From: Vampirovibrio sp.
GTDB taxonomy: Bacteria > Cyanobacteriota > Vampirovibrionia > Vampirovibrionales > Vampirovibrionaceae
DNA: 50,024 nucleotides
Assembly: GCA_019634025.1 (NCBI GenBank)
Contig: JAHQWC010000055.1
Location: 1-50,024, forward strand
Direction: 5' to 3'
The translations under genes and the position numbers were made by a program. The notes under the pieces are model-generated. The model was not told where the DNA came from and did not search any database. It was given only the letters and a program-made list of their open reading frames with translations. Below, piece by piece: positions 28,928 to 39,281 of this stretch (position 1 is its first letter; each line of letters begins with the position of its first letter).

Positions 28928-30325
28928 CTATACGTAAGCCATCCCGGTGGGGGAAGCTGGGATCGGTTCATAATTTTTGGAGAATACCGTTTTGTAGATG
29001 TTGAACATAAACAAGATTTGACCCAGGACAATCATCACACCGGATAAAAACCGAACAAACATGTAAGGCTCTAATTCCATGCCCCACTGATCCACCGGCA
29101 AGGCAAAGTGCCATCCGGCAGCCTGTACCAGCCCGGCAATGGTCAAGGCCAGCATCATGATGATCCATCCCAAGAAACTCAGCCAGAAGTGCCACACCGC
29201 CAGCTGCTTACTAAAGACCTTGCGTCCGGTGACCTTGGGAATAATGTAGTAAACCGCCGCAAAAACAATAAAGGAGAACGTCGCCAACAACGCCATGTGC
29301 GCGTGCCCCACCACCCAGTTACTGAAGTGAATATACCAGTTGATTCCCCGCGTTGCCTGAAACGGACCCTGAATACAGGTGAGCAAATACCCCAGCCCTG
29401 AGGCCATGACAAAGCGAAGCGGCACATGATCGGCCGCCAAAGACCATTTACCCTTCATGGTCATAAAAAAGTTGGTCAATACGGTAAACACCGGCACCAA
29501 CAAAAACACACTAGAAATAACCGCGATGGCTTTCAACCATTCCGGCACGGGTGATTGCAAAATATGGTGCGTTCCGGTCGGCGCATAAAACATTCCAATG
29601 GTCCAAAATCCAATCATAGACAAGGTATGACTGTACAACGGATTTCCAGTAAATCGAGGGATCAGGTAGTACAGAATCCCAACGCCACCCACGGTAAACC
29701 ACATACCCAAAATATTGTGACCATAAAACCAACCGGCAATGGCATCATTCAACCCGTCAAACTGCACAAACGCCCGGTTCCCAACCACATACACAATAGG
29801 AAACCAAAATAACGCGCCCAAAATGTACCACAGGGTCACGTACCATTTTTTCTCAGGGCCGGACAACACGGTTTTATAAACGTTAATCCCAGTCAAAATT
29901 AACCCGGCTAACACCATCCAGTCAAAAATGCCTTGTAGCTCTGCGTACTCTCTGGCTTCGGTGTAACCATTCATAATAGAGAGCGCGCCCAGACCCACCA
30001 GCAGGTTCCACACCACCATGGTCACATTGCCTAAGCGTTCAGACCAAAGCCGCTTACTACCGGACAGCACTGTTCCCAAAAAGAACATACAGCCCACATA
30101 ACCCATGGACAGCCAACCAATAAGAACCCCATGAGTATGGACCGGCCGTAACCGGCCAAAGGATAACTGCGGCACTTCATGGATCAAATCCGGCCAGGTC
30201 ATTAACGCGCCGGCGGTTAGACCAATCGTGGTTCCAAACACCAACCAGAAAATCGCAGAAATTAAAAAGTTCCGACTCGCACTAAATGGCTCGTCACTAA
30301 AAACAGCGTTCAAAAATCTATTCAT
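28928..30325 (-). CDS. ccoN: cbb3-type (C-family) heme-copper oxidase subunit I
   Basis: SFGRLRPVHT, REYAE, WFYGHN, GTHH, WVVGHAH. Confidence 0.93.
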   Translation of the reverse strand: MNRFLNAVFSDEPFSASRNFLISAIFWLVFGTTIGLTAGALMTWPDLIHEVPQLSFGRLRPVHTHGVLIGWLSMGYVGCMFFLGTVLSGSKRLWSERLGNVTMVVWNLLVGLGALSIMNGYTEAREYAELQGIFDWMVLAGLILTGINVYKTVLSGPEKKWYVTLWYILGALFWFPIVYVVGNRAFVQFDGLNDAIAGWFYGHNILGMWFTVGGVGILYYLIPRFTGNPLYSHTLSMIGFWTIGMFYAPTGTHHILQSPVPEWLKAIAVISSVFLLVPVFTVLTNFFMTMKGKWSLAADHVPLRFVMASGLGYLLTCIQGPFQATRGINWYIHFSNWVVGHAHMALLATFSFIVFAAVYYIIPKVTGRKVFSKQLAVWHFWLSFLGWIIMMLALTIAGLVQAAGWHFALPVDQWGMELEPYMFVRFLSGVMIVLGQILFMFNIYKTVFSKNYEPIPASPTGMAYV

Positions 30326-30600
30326 TAGCGGTGAAAATGCCCTGCCCGTTCAAAACCAACAAACCAAACTTGCACTCTCCATGGTAGATGGCCGTATAAA
30401 ATGCGCTATCCGAAAAAAGAAAAACTGTATCCACAGAATAACACAATTTCTGCAAGTCTCTCCTCAGTATAGCGATGATGGAAACAGATGGAAAATGTGA
30501 AATCGCAACTCTGAATGTAAACTTCCCTAGCAATAATTTTTAACTCCCGGTTTTATTAGGTCGTAAGGAATTCTAGCCGGTTAGTTTTAGGGATAGGTTT

Positions 30601-31329
30601 ATGCAAATTATCGCGCCATCAAAAATTACAGTATCCAATCCATTAACCCTTCACACCTTCAAACCCCTGGTTCGTTTCTCTCAACAAACTGAACCGCCTG
30701 CTTCTAATAAAAAGCCTGAGTTTGCAGATTTACTGGAAGAAAAATGGGCCGTCTTCAAACAAATTCTTGACGCCAAAGATGCCTTCCTCGCCGGGGGCAA
30801 AATTCTGTGGGCCTACCCCCAGTGGCATCAAACCTTTATTCAAGCAGAAAAAGCAATTCACATAAAACCCACAAACAAGCCGGACGGGATTGAAGACTCT
30901 CCCTCCACTGCCTCCCTACAAAACAGCCTGGATCTGATTCATTTTGACCATTTTATGGATACTTTCTCTTTGGCTGCTGCCAGAACCTTGGAAATCCTCC
31001 ATAACATTCGGATTCGAAAAGCGGCTCCACATCCAGCTCCCATCCTCTCTGGCGGATCTCAACCTGTTCCCCCAGCCAGCCACACTTTATACACCACCCT
31101 CCTTACCGAATATCCTGGCCTCCTCACCATCATCCATTCTCCAGGCAACCTGAGCATTTCTCAAAAGGTTCTCGAAACCCATCCTACTTTAACCGGCGAA
31201 GAAAAAGCCCGCCACCTCACCCAACTCCAAACTGCCCAACCCCAGCTCCTTGGTTTGCCGCCGGAAAATCTAATCCAGATTGCAGACCGATTGATCAACG
31301 GTCAAGAGTGGTCCGACATTCTAAACTAG
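30601..31329 (+). CDS. Hypothetical protein
   Basis: 242-aa ORF divergent from ccoN; no recognisable motif. Confidence 0.6.
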   Translation: MQIIAPSKITVSNPLTLHTFKPLVRFSQQTEPPASNKKPEFADLLEEKWAVFKQILDAKDAFLAGGKILWAYPQWHQTFIQAEKAIHIKPTNKPDGIEDSPSTASLQNSLDLIHFDHFMDTFSLAAARTLEILHNIRIRKAAPHPAPILSGGSQPVPPASHTLYTTLLTEYPGLLTIIHSPGNLSISQKVLETHPTLTGEEKARHLTQLQTAQPQLLGLPPENLIQIADRLINGQEWSDILN

Positions 31330-31387
31330 CAGCCCTATTGTGAAAATAGGGACACCCTCAAAGCCTGCCATCCCTTATAATGGAGTG

Positions 31388-32350
31388 ATGGCAGAACCTC
31401 TGATCCAAATTAAAAACCTTACCGTCCGGTTTCCCACCGAACAAGGCGACGCATTTGCCGTCAACCACCTGTCTCTTAACATCCCTCAGGGCAATGTGCT
31501 GGGCTTGGTGGGTGAATCTGGGTGCGGCAAAAGTCTCACCGGCCTCTCCATTCTGCGCTTGGTTCCGCCACCCGGCATGGTGGATGCAGAGACTTTAAAG
31601 TTTAAGGATCAAAACCTTTTGGATCTGGCGCCGGACGAGATGCGAAAGATCCGCGGCTCCCAAATCGCCCTCATCCCTCAAGATCCTCTCACATCTTTAA
31701 ACCCCGTCTACACCATTGGCGATCAGATTATTGAAGTCCTGCAACTTCACAAAGGCCTCAATAAAGAAGACGCAACGAAAAGAACCATCGAGCTTCTGGA
31801 TAGGGTCCGCATCCCCAACGCCAAAGACCGCATTCACGAATATCCTCACCAGTTTTCCGGCGGCATGCGTCAACGGGTCATGATCGCCATGGCCCTCAGT
31901 TGCGAACCTCAGTTGCTCATTGCCGATGAACCCACCACGGCTCTGGATGTTACCGTTCAAGCTCAAATCCTGGCGTTGATGCGAGAAATTCAACAAGAAA
32001 ATGGCACGGCAATCATGCTCATTACTCACGATCTGGGAGTCGTGGCCGAAATGTGCGATCACGTTGCGGTGATGTACGCCGGCCGCATTGTAGAAGAAGC
32101 CCCGGTTCGAGATCTATTTAAAGATCCCAAACACCCTTACACCCAGGGACTATTAAACTCTCTCCCCACTATGACTCGCACCCGACTGGAGCCCATCGAC
32201 GGCCAGCCACCCATGATCACTGAAATTCCTCAAGGCTGCTCTTTTGAACCTCGTTGCAAAGACCGTCTCGCCACGTGTACAGAAAGTTTTCCCACTCCCG
32301 TCAAAATCACTCCGGATCATCCGGTAAGCTGCTATTTATACAACAAATAG
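31388..32350 (+). CDS. oppD: Oligopeptide/dipeptide ABC transporter ATP-binding protein (OppD/DppD family)
   Basis: GESGCGKS, YPHQFSGGMRQR, ADEPTTALD, HPYTQGL, C-terminal Cys cluster; GGAG RBS before ATG 31388. Confidence 0.9.
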   Translation: MAEPLIQIKNLTVRFPTEQGDAFAVNHLSLNIPQGNVLGLVGESGCGKSLTGLSILRLVPPPGMVDAETLKFKDQNLLDLAPDEMRKIRGSQIALIPQDPLTSLNPVYTIGDQIIEVLQLHKGLNKEDATKRTIELLDRVRIPNAKDRIHEYPHQFSGGMRQRVMIAMALSCEPQLLIADEPTTALDVTVQAQILALMREIQQENGTAIMLITHDLGVVAEMCDHVAVMYAGRIVEEAPVRDLFKDPKHPYTQGLLNSLPTMTRTRLEPIDGQPPMITEIPQGCSFEPRCKDRLATCTESFPTPVKITPDHPVSCYLYNK

Positions 32351-32417
32351 CCCTCAAGAGTTTCTTCTATTCCGCAAGAAGTATTGTCACTGCGAAGCAA
32401 ACTCCGTGATCATTTCT

Positions 32418-32840
32418 TCACGATGAAAGAGAAAACGCTCCAGGCAGTAAATCTTTAACCGGAACAATCTTCAGTTCCCCTGGTTTTTCAGAGCAGAAAT
32501 GAACAACTGCAGCATTCGGGTGCATCAACTCCACCATCACCTGTCGACAGGCGCCACATGGGGTCACTGCATGATTTGTTGGCTTCGCTGCCCAAACCGC
32601 CAGAGCGGTAATGTCCTGCTTGGCAGCATTCCCGGCCATCATAGCATTCATCAACGCAACTCGCTCAGCACACACTGTTAACCCGTAGCTGGCATTCTCT
32701 ATGTTGGCGCCCATATGCAACCTACCCGATTTACTCATCACAGCTGCCCCCACCGGAAAATTACTGTAAGGCGCATACGACTGTCTTGCTACAGTCTCCG
32801 CTTCCTTTATCAGCAGTTCAGCTTGCTCTGTAGACAACAA
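32418..32840 (-). CDS. cdd: Cytidine deaminase
   Basis: YAPYSNFPVGAA, NIENASYGLTVCAER, PCGACRQ. Confidence 0.95.
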   Translation of the reverse strand: MLSTEQAELLIKEAETVARQSYAPYSNFPVGAAVMSKSGRLHMGANIENASYGLTVCAERVALMNAMMAGNAAKQDITALAVWAAKPTNHAVTPCGACRQVMVELMHPNAAVVHFCSEKPGELKIVPVKDLLPGAFSLSS

Positions 32841-32844
32841 CGCC

Positions 32845-34155
32845 TCAAGCCCCCGGTTTTGCCAGCATCCTAGACTGCGAAGATAAAACCTCTATCGCCT
32901 TATCCAATTGTAGATCCCTATTTTTCAACACATCCTGACGCTTAAGTTTCACCGCATAGTCTGGGCGTATCCCTTTTTTATCAATATCTGTGCCTTTTGG
33001 TGTGTAGTATTTAGAAATGGTGATATTAATCCCAGAGCCATCAGACAGGTGATTAATTTTCTGCACCAGGCCTTTACCAAACGTTTTAGCCCCCACCAAC
33101 TTGGCTCGGCGATTATCTTTCAAGGCCCCACTTAAAATCTCGCTGGCGCTGGCGCTACTGCCGTCAATTAAAACGATCATCGGTTTTAAATACCGAGGAG
33201 GGTTCTCCGATTGAAACGCACGGGTTTCAGCTTTGCGATCCACAATAGACACTATTTTTTGACCCGGCTGCAAAAACAGATCGGCAATATCCACCGCATT
33301 ATTCAATAGTCCTCCATAGTTCCCGCGCAAATCCAGAATCAACGCTTTTTTGCTTTTTTCTTTTTCCAACGCCTCTACCATTTCCTTAAACGCATTCTCA
33401 CTAATAAAGCTGTTTAAGCGAATATAGCCAATCTGCGGATTTTTTAGCTTTTGGGTAAATACCGATTGAATCTTAATTTCGGCTCGGCGAATAGTCACCG
33501 GAAACATTTTTTCTTCCCGCTTAATGGTCAATGCCACCGGCGTTCCCTCTGGCCCTCGTATTTTATCTGCAGCCTCTTCTACCGTCATTCCGGCCGTGGG
33601 TTCATTATCAATATGGGTGATCATATCACCAGGCTCCAAGCCGGCTTCCTCAGCCGGGGATCCTTTTAAAGGGGTCACCACAATCAGTTTGTTATCTCGT
33701 ACAAAAATCTGAATGCCCACCCCGAACAATCGAGAATCAATACTCAAGGTCTGCTCACTCATATCTCGAGGCTTTAAAAACCGGGTATAATCATCGTCCA
33801 AGCTCGCCAACATAGACTGGATACCAACATAAGCATCATCTTTGTCACGAAGATCACCCTTATACGCTTCTTTCCACCGGTACCAATCCTGCCCGTTAAA
33901 CGTCGTATCGACATATTCTTCCAACACCACCCGCCAAGCTTCTTCATAAAGACCGTGGGCTTGTCCGCTCTCCATCGTTTGTTGCTGCCCTTGCCCAGAC
34001 AGCTCATCGCGACCACCACCAAACAAGCCACAACCCGACAGCACAGCACCTGCTATAAAAACAAGCAACAGTGCTATTGCGCCGACTCTAATCCTGGAGC
34101 AAACATCGGCAAATTGAAGTTGAAAAGGCATAATATGGCGTTGTAAAAATAACAA
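32845..34155 (-). CDS. ctpA: Carboxyl-terminal processing protease (S41), lipoprotein-like
   Basis: PDZ domain GVGI, DLRGNYGG, SASASEI, GKGLVQ; lipobox LSGC; start uncertain. Confidence 0.92.
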   Translation of the reverse strand: MLFLQRHIMPFQLQFADVCSRIRVGAIALLLVFIAGAVLSGCGLFGGGRDELSGQGQQQTMESGQAHGLYEEAWRVVLEEYVDTTFNGQDWYRWKEAYKGDLRDKDDAYVGIQSMLASLDDDYTRFLKPRDMSEQTLSIDSRLFGVGIQIFVRDNKLIVVTPLKGSPAEEAGLEPGDMITHIDNEPTAGMTVEEAADKIRGPEGTPVALTIKREEKMFPVTIRRAEIKIQSVFTQKLKNPQIGYIRLNSFISENAFKEMVEALEKEKSKKALILDLRGNYGGLLNNAVDIADLFLQPGQKIVSIVDRKAETRAFQSENPPRYLKPMIVLIDGSSASASEILSGALKDNRRAKLVGAKTFGKGLVQKINHLSDGSGINITISKYYTPKGTDIDKKGIRPDYAVKLKRQDVLKNRDLQLDKAIEVLSSQSRMLAKPGA

Positions 34156-34166
34156 CTGCTTATAAG

Positions 34167-35333
34167 CTAGTCATCTAAATCGTCAACACCAGGTGTTTTA
34201 GAAGAGGTGTTGGACAGGATAAACAGATCGATAATTTCCGACAACTCGTTGGCTTTGCCTTGGTAGTATTTAATGTCGGATTCTAGTTTCCGGATGACGG
34301 TTTTATATTCTTCAATCTTCTTGATGTTTGCCCGCACAGCATCCAGCATTTCAGACTGAGCAGACTGAGCTTCGGACAATACATCCTCCATGGAAATACC
34401 CATGGCTTCCATGGTTAGCCGGATAATCTGGGCGCCGGTTTGCTTGGTCACGCCTTCCGGCAGGTCCATCACCAACCGAATCAAAGTTTGAACGTTGGTG
34501 GTAAACTCGGTTTCCAGTTCGGGGTTTTTATCCACTAATGCTTCTACTGGTGGCAAAGCGGCACTTCTGCCGGCATCCGATCCACCCAAACTTGCATAGG
34601 GAGACTGTCCAAGGGCTACACCTGAAGCAGCGCCCGATTCTCTGCGATCATCATCACCCACCGACGGGGGTTTTGAGAGATCTTTATACCCGGTTAAATC
34701 TTCCATGGTTCCTCCCGATGTAATTTCAAACGTACTTTCATCTATATCTTTGGCATCTAACTTTTCTGCATCAAACGTATTTGCAAATGTATTTAAGCTA
34801 TTTTGATGTTCAACCGTAACCGTCTCTATACCCAAGGATTCTTGACCGACGGACGGGTAATATCCTGCCGACGGATCCCGATCCGTATGTGCAGTAAACA
34901 CTGGAGCCACCTCTTGGCCCTGGGATTGACCCACCGGTAGTGTATCACCAAAAGTTGATTTTGTCTCACCATTCTTTGAAAAATCCAACGAATGGAGAAC
35001 CGATCCAGGATCGGGCAATGGTTCATCTAAAGCAGATGAAGGGTTCAACGCCATGGGAGTTGGCTGAGAATCATCCATACCTTCTGTTTTTGAGGGCTGG
35101 CTATATTTTTGAAGATCAGATAGGCCCTCCCCCAGATCAACGCTATCATCATGCGTTCTGCTAGATTTGGGTATGGAAAACTCGACAGGTTCAGGAGAGA
35201 GTAAATAAGCTTCCCGATCCTTAACCTTTTTGGCGTTCACAGAAAGTTTCAAGACCTGAGCCATTTTCTTTTGCAAGCGGTCCTGCTGATTATTTCCAGC
35301 ATCCGTTTCGGCATTTGTATAATTACGCGTCAA
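34167..35333 (-). CDS. Hypothetical protein: acidic disordered N-terminus and C-terminal coiled coil
   Basis: 388-aa ORF; heptad-like C-terminal ~100 aa. Confidence 0.75.
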   Translation of the reverse strand: MTRNYTNAETDAGNNQQDRLQKKMAQVLKLSVNAKKVKDREAYLLSPEPVEFSIPKSSRTHDDSVDLGEGLSDLQKYSQPSKTEGMDDSQPTPMALNPSSALDEPLPDPGSVLHSLDFSKNGETKSTFGDTLPVGQSQGQEVAPVFTAHTDRDPSAGYYPSVGQESLGIETVTVEHQNSLNTFANTFDAEKLDAKDIDESTFEITSGGTMEDLTGYKDLSKPPSVGDDDRRESGAASGVALGQSPYASLGGSDAGRSAALPPVEALVDKNPELETEFTTNVQTLIRLVMDLPEGVTKQTGAQIIRLTMEAMGISMEDVLSEAQSAQSEMLDAVRANIKKIEEYKTVIRKLESDIKYYQGKANELSEIIDLFILSNTSSKTPGVDDLDD

Positions 35334-35423
35334 AAACCCTATAATCCTTCACCAAACAACATTTCTATTTTACCATCAACCGAATCTGCAACAGAGCAAC
35401 AGAATAGATTTCAAGGCGTCACT

Positions 35424-35513
35424 CGATAGGACCTACGCAGAATATGCCCTGGCAACATAGATACGACAAACGAGCAGATATGAGTCAGGGTGCATTCTGC
35501 GTAGGTCCTATCG
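35424..35513. repeat. 90-bp internally deleted copy of the 1797-1943 palindromic element
   Basis: Perfect 20-bp IR CGATAGGACCTACGCAGAAT; shares both arms with 1797-1943. Confidence 0.75.
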
Positions 35514-35576
35514 CTATAAATCTGATAAAATGGCCTTAACCATTGGAAATTTCGGTTACAGGACTGATTAAAATTC

Positions 35577-36794
35577 ATGACAACCTCGTCTCAAAAAGTC
35601 ATCCGGGACGTCACCCTTATTCTTCCAAACTGCAAGCTAACCCAGCAGTCTGTGTTAATTGAAAACGATCAAATTCTGGATATCGTCGATGATCCGGCAG
35701 CCAGTGCTCCCACGCACTGGGAAACACCCGAGGTCATCTCTGGGAAGGGTGGGTATCTAACGCCTGGATTGATTGATTTACAGATCAACGGCGGCTTTGG
35801 CATCAATTTTGGCAACGCCGGTCTCAAAGAAATCCAAACCGTCCTGCAAAAATTACCCAAGCATGGCGTCACCCGAATTCTCCCCACCCTCATTACTGCT
35901 CCTGTGCTGGATATGGCAAAAGCCGTCAGTAACCTGGAACAGCTGATCCATATGCACAAGCCGACCCATGCTCAAATTATGGGCTTACATTTGGAAGGCC
36001 CCATGCTCAATCCCCAACTTCATGGTGCGCATCCTATCGAGCATATTTTAAAAGATAGCTCTATGGAAAATGACCTGCAGGTTTTACTTTCCCCCAATCT
36101 AAAGCTTGTGACGCTTGCACCAGAGACGGATCCCCAAGGCAGTATGATTCGATCCTTAACCCAACGGAAAGTAAAAGTCCTGGCCGGGCATAGCAATGCG
36201 ACTGAATCAGATATTACCGACGCCATAAAATCCGGCTTATGCGGGGTCACTCATCTGTATAACGCCATGCGCCCTTTCCACCACCGAGATCCCGGCATCA
36301 TCGGCGCAACCCTGACCCAGGATTCTTTATATGCAAACATCATTGCTGATGGTGTCCACGTACACCCAACCGCTTTGGAAATCCTGCTGCGATGTAAGCA
36401 TTTCAGCAAAATCAATCTGGTCAGCGACGCCATGCCCCTAGCCGGACTGGAAACTGGAAGCGAACAATTTTTTGGCGGCAAACAGGTCATTCATCAAGGT
36501 CATCAAGCCATCAATAGCCAAGGCGCCATGGCAGGTAGCACCTGCTTTTTAGATGACTGCATTCGCAACATAGTGAACTGGAAGCTACTTCCTTTTGAAA
36601 AAGCTGTGGCGCTGGCCGGCATGAACCCCGCAGAATTTTTAGGACAGGGAAACACCTTGGGGAAAATTGCCAAAGGCCACATTGCGGACTTGGTCCTGTG
36701 GGACAAAGACGCTTTGACGGTCCAGGCCACCTGGATCGGCGGTCACCTCGCTTATGCCGATCAAACTGTTGACGCCAAAATTCCCGTAAGCTAA
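35577..36794 (+). CDS. nagA: N-acetylglucosamine-6-phosphate deacetylase
   Basis: PGLIDLQINGG, HLEGP, TLAPE, GHSNA, THLYNAM, IADGVHVHP, LVSDA. Confidence 0.95.
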   Translation: MTTSSQKVIRDVTLILPNCKLTQQSVLIENDQILDIVDDPAASAPTHWETPEVISGKGGYLTPGLIDLQINGGFGINFGNAGLKEIQTVLQKLPKHGVTRILPTLITAPVLDMAKAVSNLEQLIHMHKPTHAQIMGLHLEGPMLNPQLHGAHPIEHILKDSSMENDLQVLLSPNLKLVTLAPETDPQGSMIRSLTQRKVKVLAGHSNATESDITDAIKSGLCGVTHLYNAMRPFHHRDPGIIGATLTQDSLYANIIADGVHVHPTALEILLRCKHFSKINLVSDAMPLAGLETGSEQFFGGKQVIHQGHQAINSQGAMAGSTCFLDDCIRNIVNWKLLPFEKAVALAGMNPAEFLGQGNTLGKIAKGHIADLVLWDKDALTVQATWIGGHLAYADQTVDAKIPVS

Positions 36795-36806
36795 CTCGAC
36801 AAGCCT

Positions 36807-37541
36807 TTAATCGTTTCCAAAAGCGATAGACACTGGCTTATCACATGACGCCAGTGCTGTTTTCAACAGTTTGCAAGAAGGACATACCCCACACTGAATC
36901 TCGGATCCTTCGTAGCAACTCCAGATTTTTTCCAACGGCACCCCAAGCCGCACGCCTTCTTGAATAATTTCGGCTTTCGTTAACTCCCCCACTGGTGTTT
37001 CAACCTGTACATTAACCAGCGTTGAATAAGACAACGATTGATTCACATAGTCTCGGTACTCCTGAGTGTTATCCGGAAACCCTTGCGCCTCATCCACATT
37101 AGCCCCAAACAAAATGATCTTGGCGCTATAGGCCTCTGCAATGGCAGCCCCAATATTTAAAAAAACGCCATTACGGTTCGGCACCCATACTTTGGCTGTT
37201 TCTGTATAAGCAGGATCAATGTTATGACTTGAGGGTAAACCCAGCAAACTCGAATCTTCCAATAGTTCAGATTGTGGAAAGGCCGATTGTTTAGGCTTTA
37301 ATGCCTTCGGCAATAGTTCTGCCAGCCAAGGTAAATGTATCACTCGCTGGGAAATCGCGTAATGCGAGGCAACAGCTTGTGAGGCTTTCAATTCTTGTGG
37401 CCAGGCCCGCTGACCATAATGAAACGTCAGCATCAATTTCACATCATAAATTTCAAGGCCTTTGGCCAACGCCACCACAGAATCCAGCCCACCGGATACC
37501 AACGCTATGGCCGTTTCCATTGATGTTTCATTGCCTCCCAT
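36807..37541 (-). CDS. queC: 7-cyano-7-deazaguanine synthase
   Basis: SGGLDS, YGQR, VPNRN, WSCY...CGVCPSC. Confidence 0.93.
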   Translation of the reverse strand: MGGNETSMETAIALVSGGLDSVVALAKGLEIYDVKLMLTFHYGQRAWPQELKASQAVASHYAISQRVIHLPWLAELLPKALKPKQSAFPQSELLEDSSLLGLPSSHNIDPAYTETAKVWVPNRNGVFLNIGAAIAEAYSAKIILFGANVDEAQGFPDNTQEYRDYVNQSLSYSTLVNVQVETPVGELTKAEIIQEGVRLGVPLEKIWSCYEGSEIQCGVCPSCKLLKTALASCDKPVSIAFGND

Positions 37542-37553
37542 TAAAACACCCTG

Positions 37554-38624
37554 TTACGGAATATAAGATTCCAACTCATCCCGAACGAACTTCGGCAAAT
37601 TTTCAAGCTTTAACAAATCCCGGATGGCCTCTTCACCGCCCAACCGAAACACAGCATCCACCGCCGCCAAAGCAACATCATCCGCCGTATCAAAAACGGA
37701 TTCCCGCACATAGGGCAAGCACTCTTCTTCACCAGATTGTGCCAACGCATGCACTGCCGTTAATCGAATAGACGGCGCTTCATCCGAAAGTGCAGCAATT
37801 AAACTATCCGTAGCCTTGCGGCTCCCGGCACTGCCAATGCGGCCAATGGCTTCAATAATGTATTCCTTAAACACGTTAAATTTATCCCGAATCCCCCGCT
37901 TAGATTCCAAGGCGTCAATCAACGGCTCCAACGCTCGAATATCCCCTAACATGCCCAGAGCTTTGGCAGCAGATTCTTTTATATAAAGTGATTTTTCCCA
38001 CTCATCGTTTAACAGATTCACCAGCGGCGCTACAGCATGGTCGTCTCCCAGTTGGCCCAAACTTTCCGTGGCGGCCAGGCGCAGCCGGTAATTTTCAGAT
38101 TTGTCATTCAACAACGTCATCAAGGGCTCCATCGCCCGGTTATCTCCAATGCGGCCCAAGGAACGAACCGCTGATATTCGAAGCCTTAACACCTCATCAG
38201 AACTCGGAGGCTCAATATTAGAAGCATCAGAACCAGAAGAATCTACACCCTCAAAAAATCGAACCTCGTTGGTCTTCCCTTTTGAAGGGATGGCAATGTC
38301 CAAAATCTGAGGAACAGCTCCGTACGCCCGAATTCGTCCCAATACCCCCACACAGTGGCCCAACACTTTAGGGTGAGTCTCATTCTTCAAGCATTCACTT
38401 AAACAGTGTATCCAACGTAAGTTCATTTCACCGTCAGACGCCTCTTGAATAAAATCACCCAGCCGACTAATGGCATGAATTTTGGCATCCACCACTTCCT
38501 GCGTGTCAGTCGTCAACGCAATACACGCCATTAATTCTTCAGGGCTATGAGACTGTTCAACCATATGAAGTGGGGTTGAGAGAGTGTCTGACTTTTGAAG
38601 TGACATGCTCGTCGTACCTCTCAC
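37554..38624 (-). CDS. HEAT-repeat (PBS lyase-like) protein
   Basis: Repeated R..A..ALG.IGD.RA..PL units. Confidence 0.88.
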   Translation of the reverse strand: MRGTTSMSLQKSDTLSTPLHMVEQSHSPEELMACIALTTDTQEVVDAKIHAISRLGDFIQEASDGEMNLRWIHCLSECLKNETHPKVLGHCVGVLGRIRAYGAVPQILDIAIPSKGKTNEVRFFEGVDSSGSDASNIEPPSSDEVLRLRISAVRSLGRIGDNRAMEPLMTLLNDKSENYRLRLAATESLGQLGDDHAVAPLVNLLNDEWEKSLYIKESAAKALGMLGDIRALEPLIDALESKRGIRDKFNVFKEYIIEAIGRIGSAGSRKATDSLIAALSDEAPSIRLTAVHALAQSGEEECLPYVRESVFDTADDVALAAVDAVFRLGGEEAIRDLLKLENLPKFVRDELESYIP

Positions 38625-39028
38625 ACCTAATCATTCTGTCGGCAGCAATCGCTTTGCCGGGAGGGCCACATAGATTCTATTATCCAACAAAAACGCAAAG
38701 CAATATTTCTTAAACATTGCTAAAAAGCTAAAAAGTTCGGCGTTTACAAATTGCAGCCATTCATCACTCGCGGTTGGAACCTGAATTGGATTAGCTTTAG
38801 TATACAAAAATAGTTATAAATATGAAACTACATTTAACTACTGTAAACCAATGTTAAGCTTTTCTGTTTTTTCCCGAATCCGCTGTTTTAGTAGGGATCC
38901 CTGGCAAAAAAGCATTAACAAATTGTTACAAACCCCCTTGACTCTCGCGCCATTCTATAGAAACCTACTATCTATCAGGCGTGAACATTGATAGTTTGTG
39001 GGTATTTCATAGAGGAGTTAGAGTACAA

Positions 39029-39250
39029 ATGAATGAACTCGCGGAAGTCGACAACTTAGTTGTCGGAACCTTTAAACGCTGGAGCGCGTCCGCCGTCGAG
39101 TGCTACCTGAGAGAGGCAAACTGCGACGGTTGTTACTATAAAAACTTTTTCTCAGATCGTCCTTATGACTGCAAAATGTACTTGGCCGTGGATCAGCTAC
39201 GCCAAACCATTGGCGAGCCAAGCAACAATCTAATTTCCAAGCACTCATAA
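39029..39250 (+). CDS. Small four-cysteine protein (73 aa)
   Basis: AGGAG RBS; C-x6-C-x2-C-x12-C; followed by a hairpin. Confidence 0.7.
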   Translation: MNELAEVDNLVVGTFKRWSASAVECYLREANCDGCYYKNFFSDRPYDCKMYLAVDQLRQTIGEPSNNLISKHS

Positions 39251-39281
39251 GACAGCTGTTACTGAGACAACAACATACTCT

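Noticed and set aside
30426-30434. DnaA-box-like GTATCCACA upstream of ccoN
   Set aside because: Single imperfect box, no cluster.
30557-30583. Weak sigma-28-like site TAGG-N15-GCCGGTTA upstream of ORF 30601
   Set aside because: Four mismatches to consensus; could be chance.
31388-32350. Orphan oppD as part of a novel system
   Set aside because: Dispersed ABC subunits are common; partner genes are probably elsewhere in the genome.
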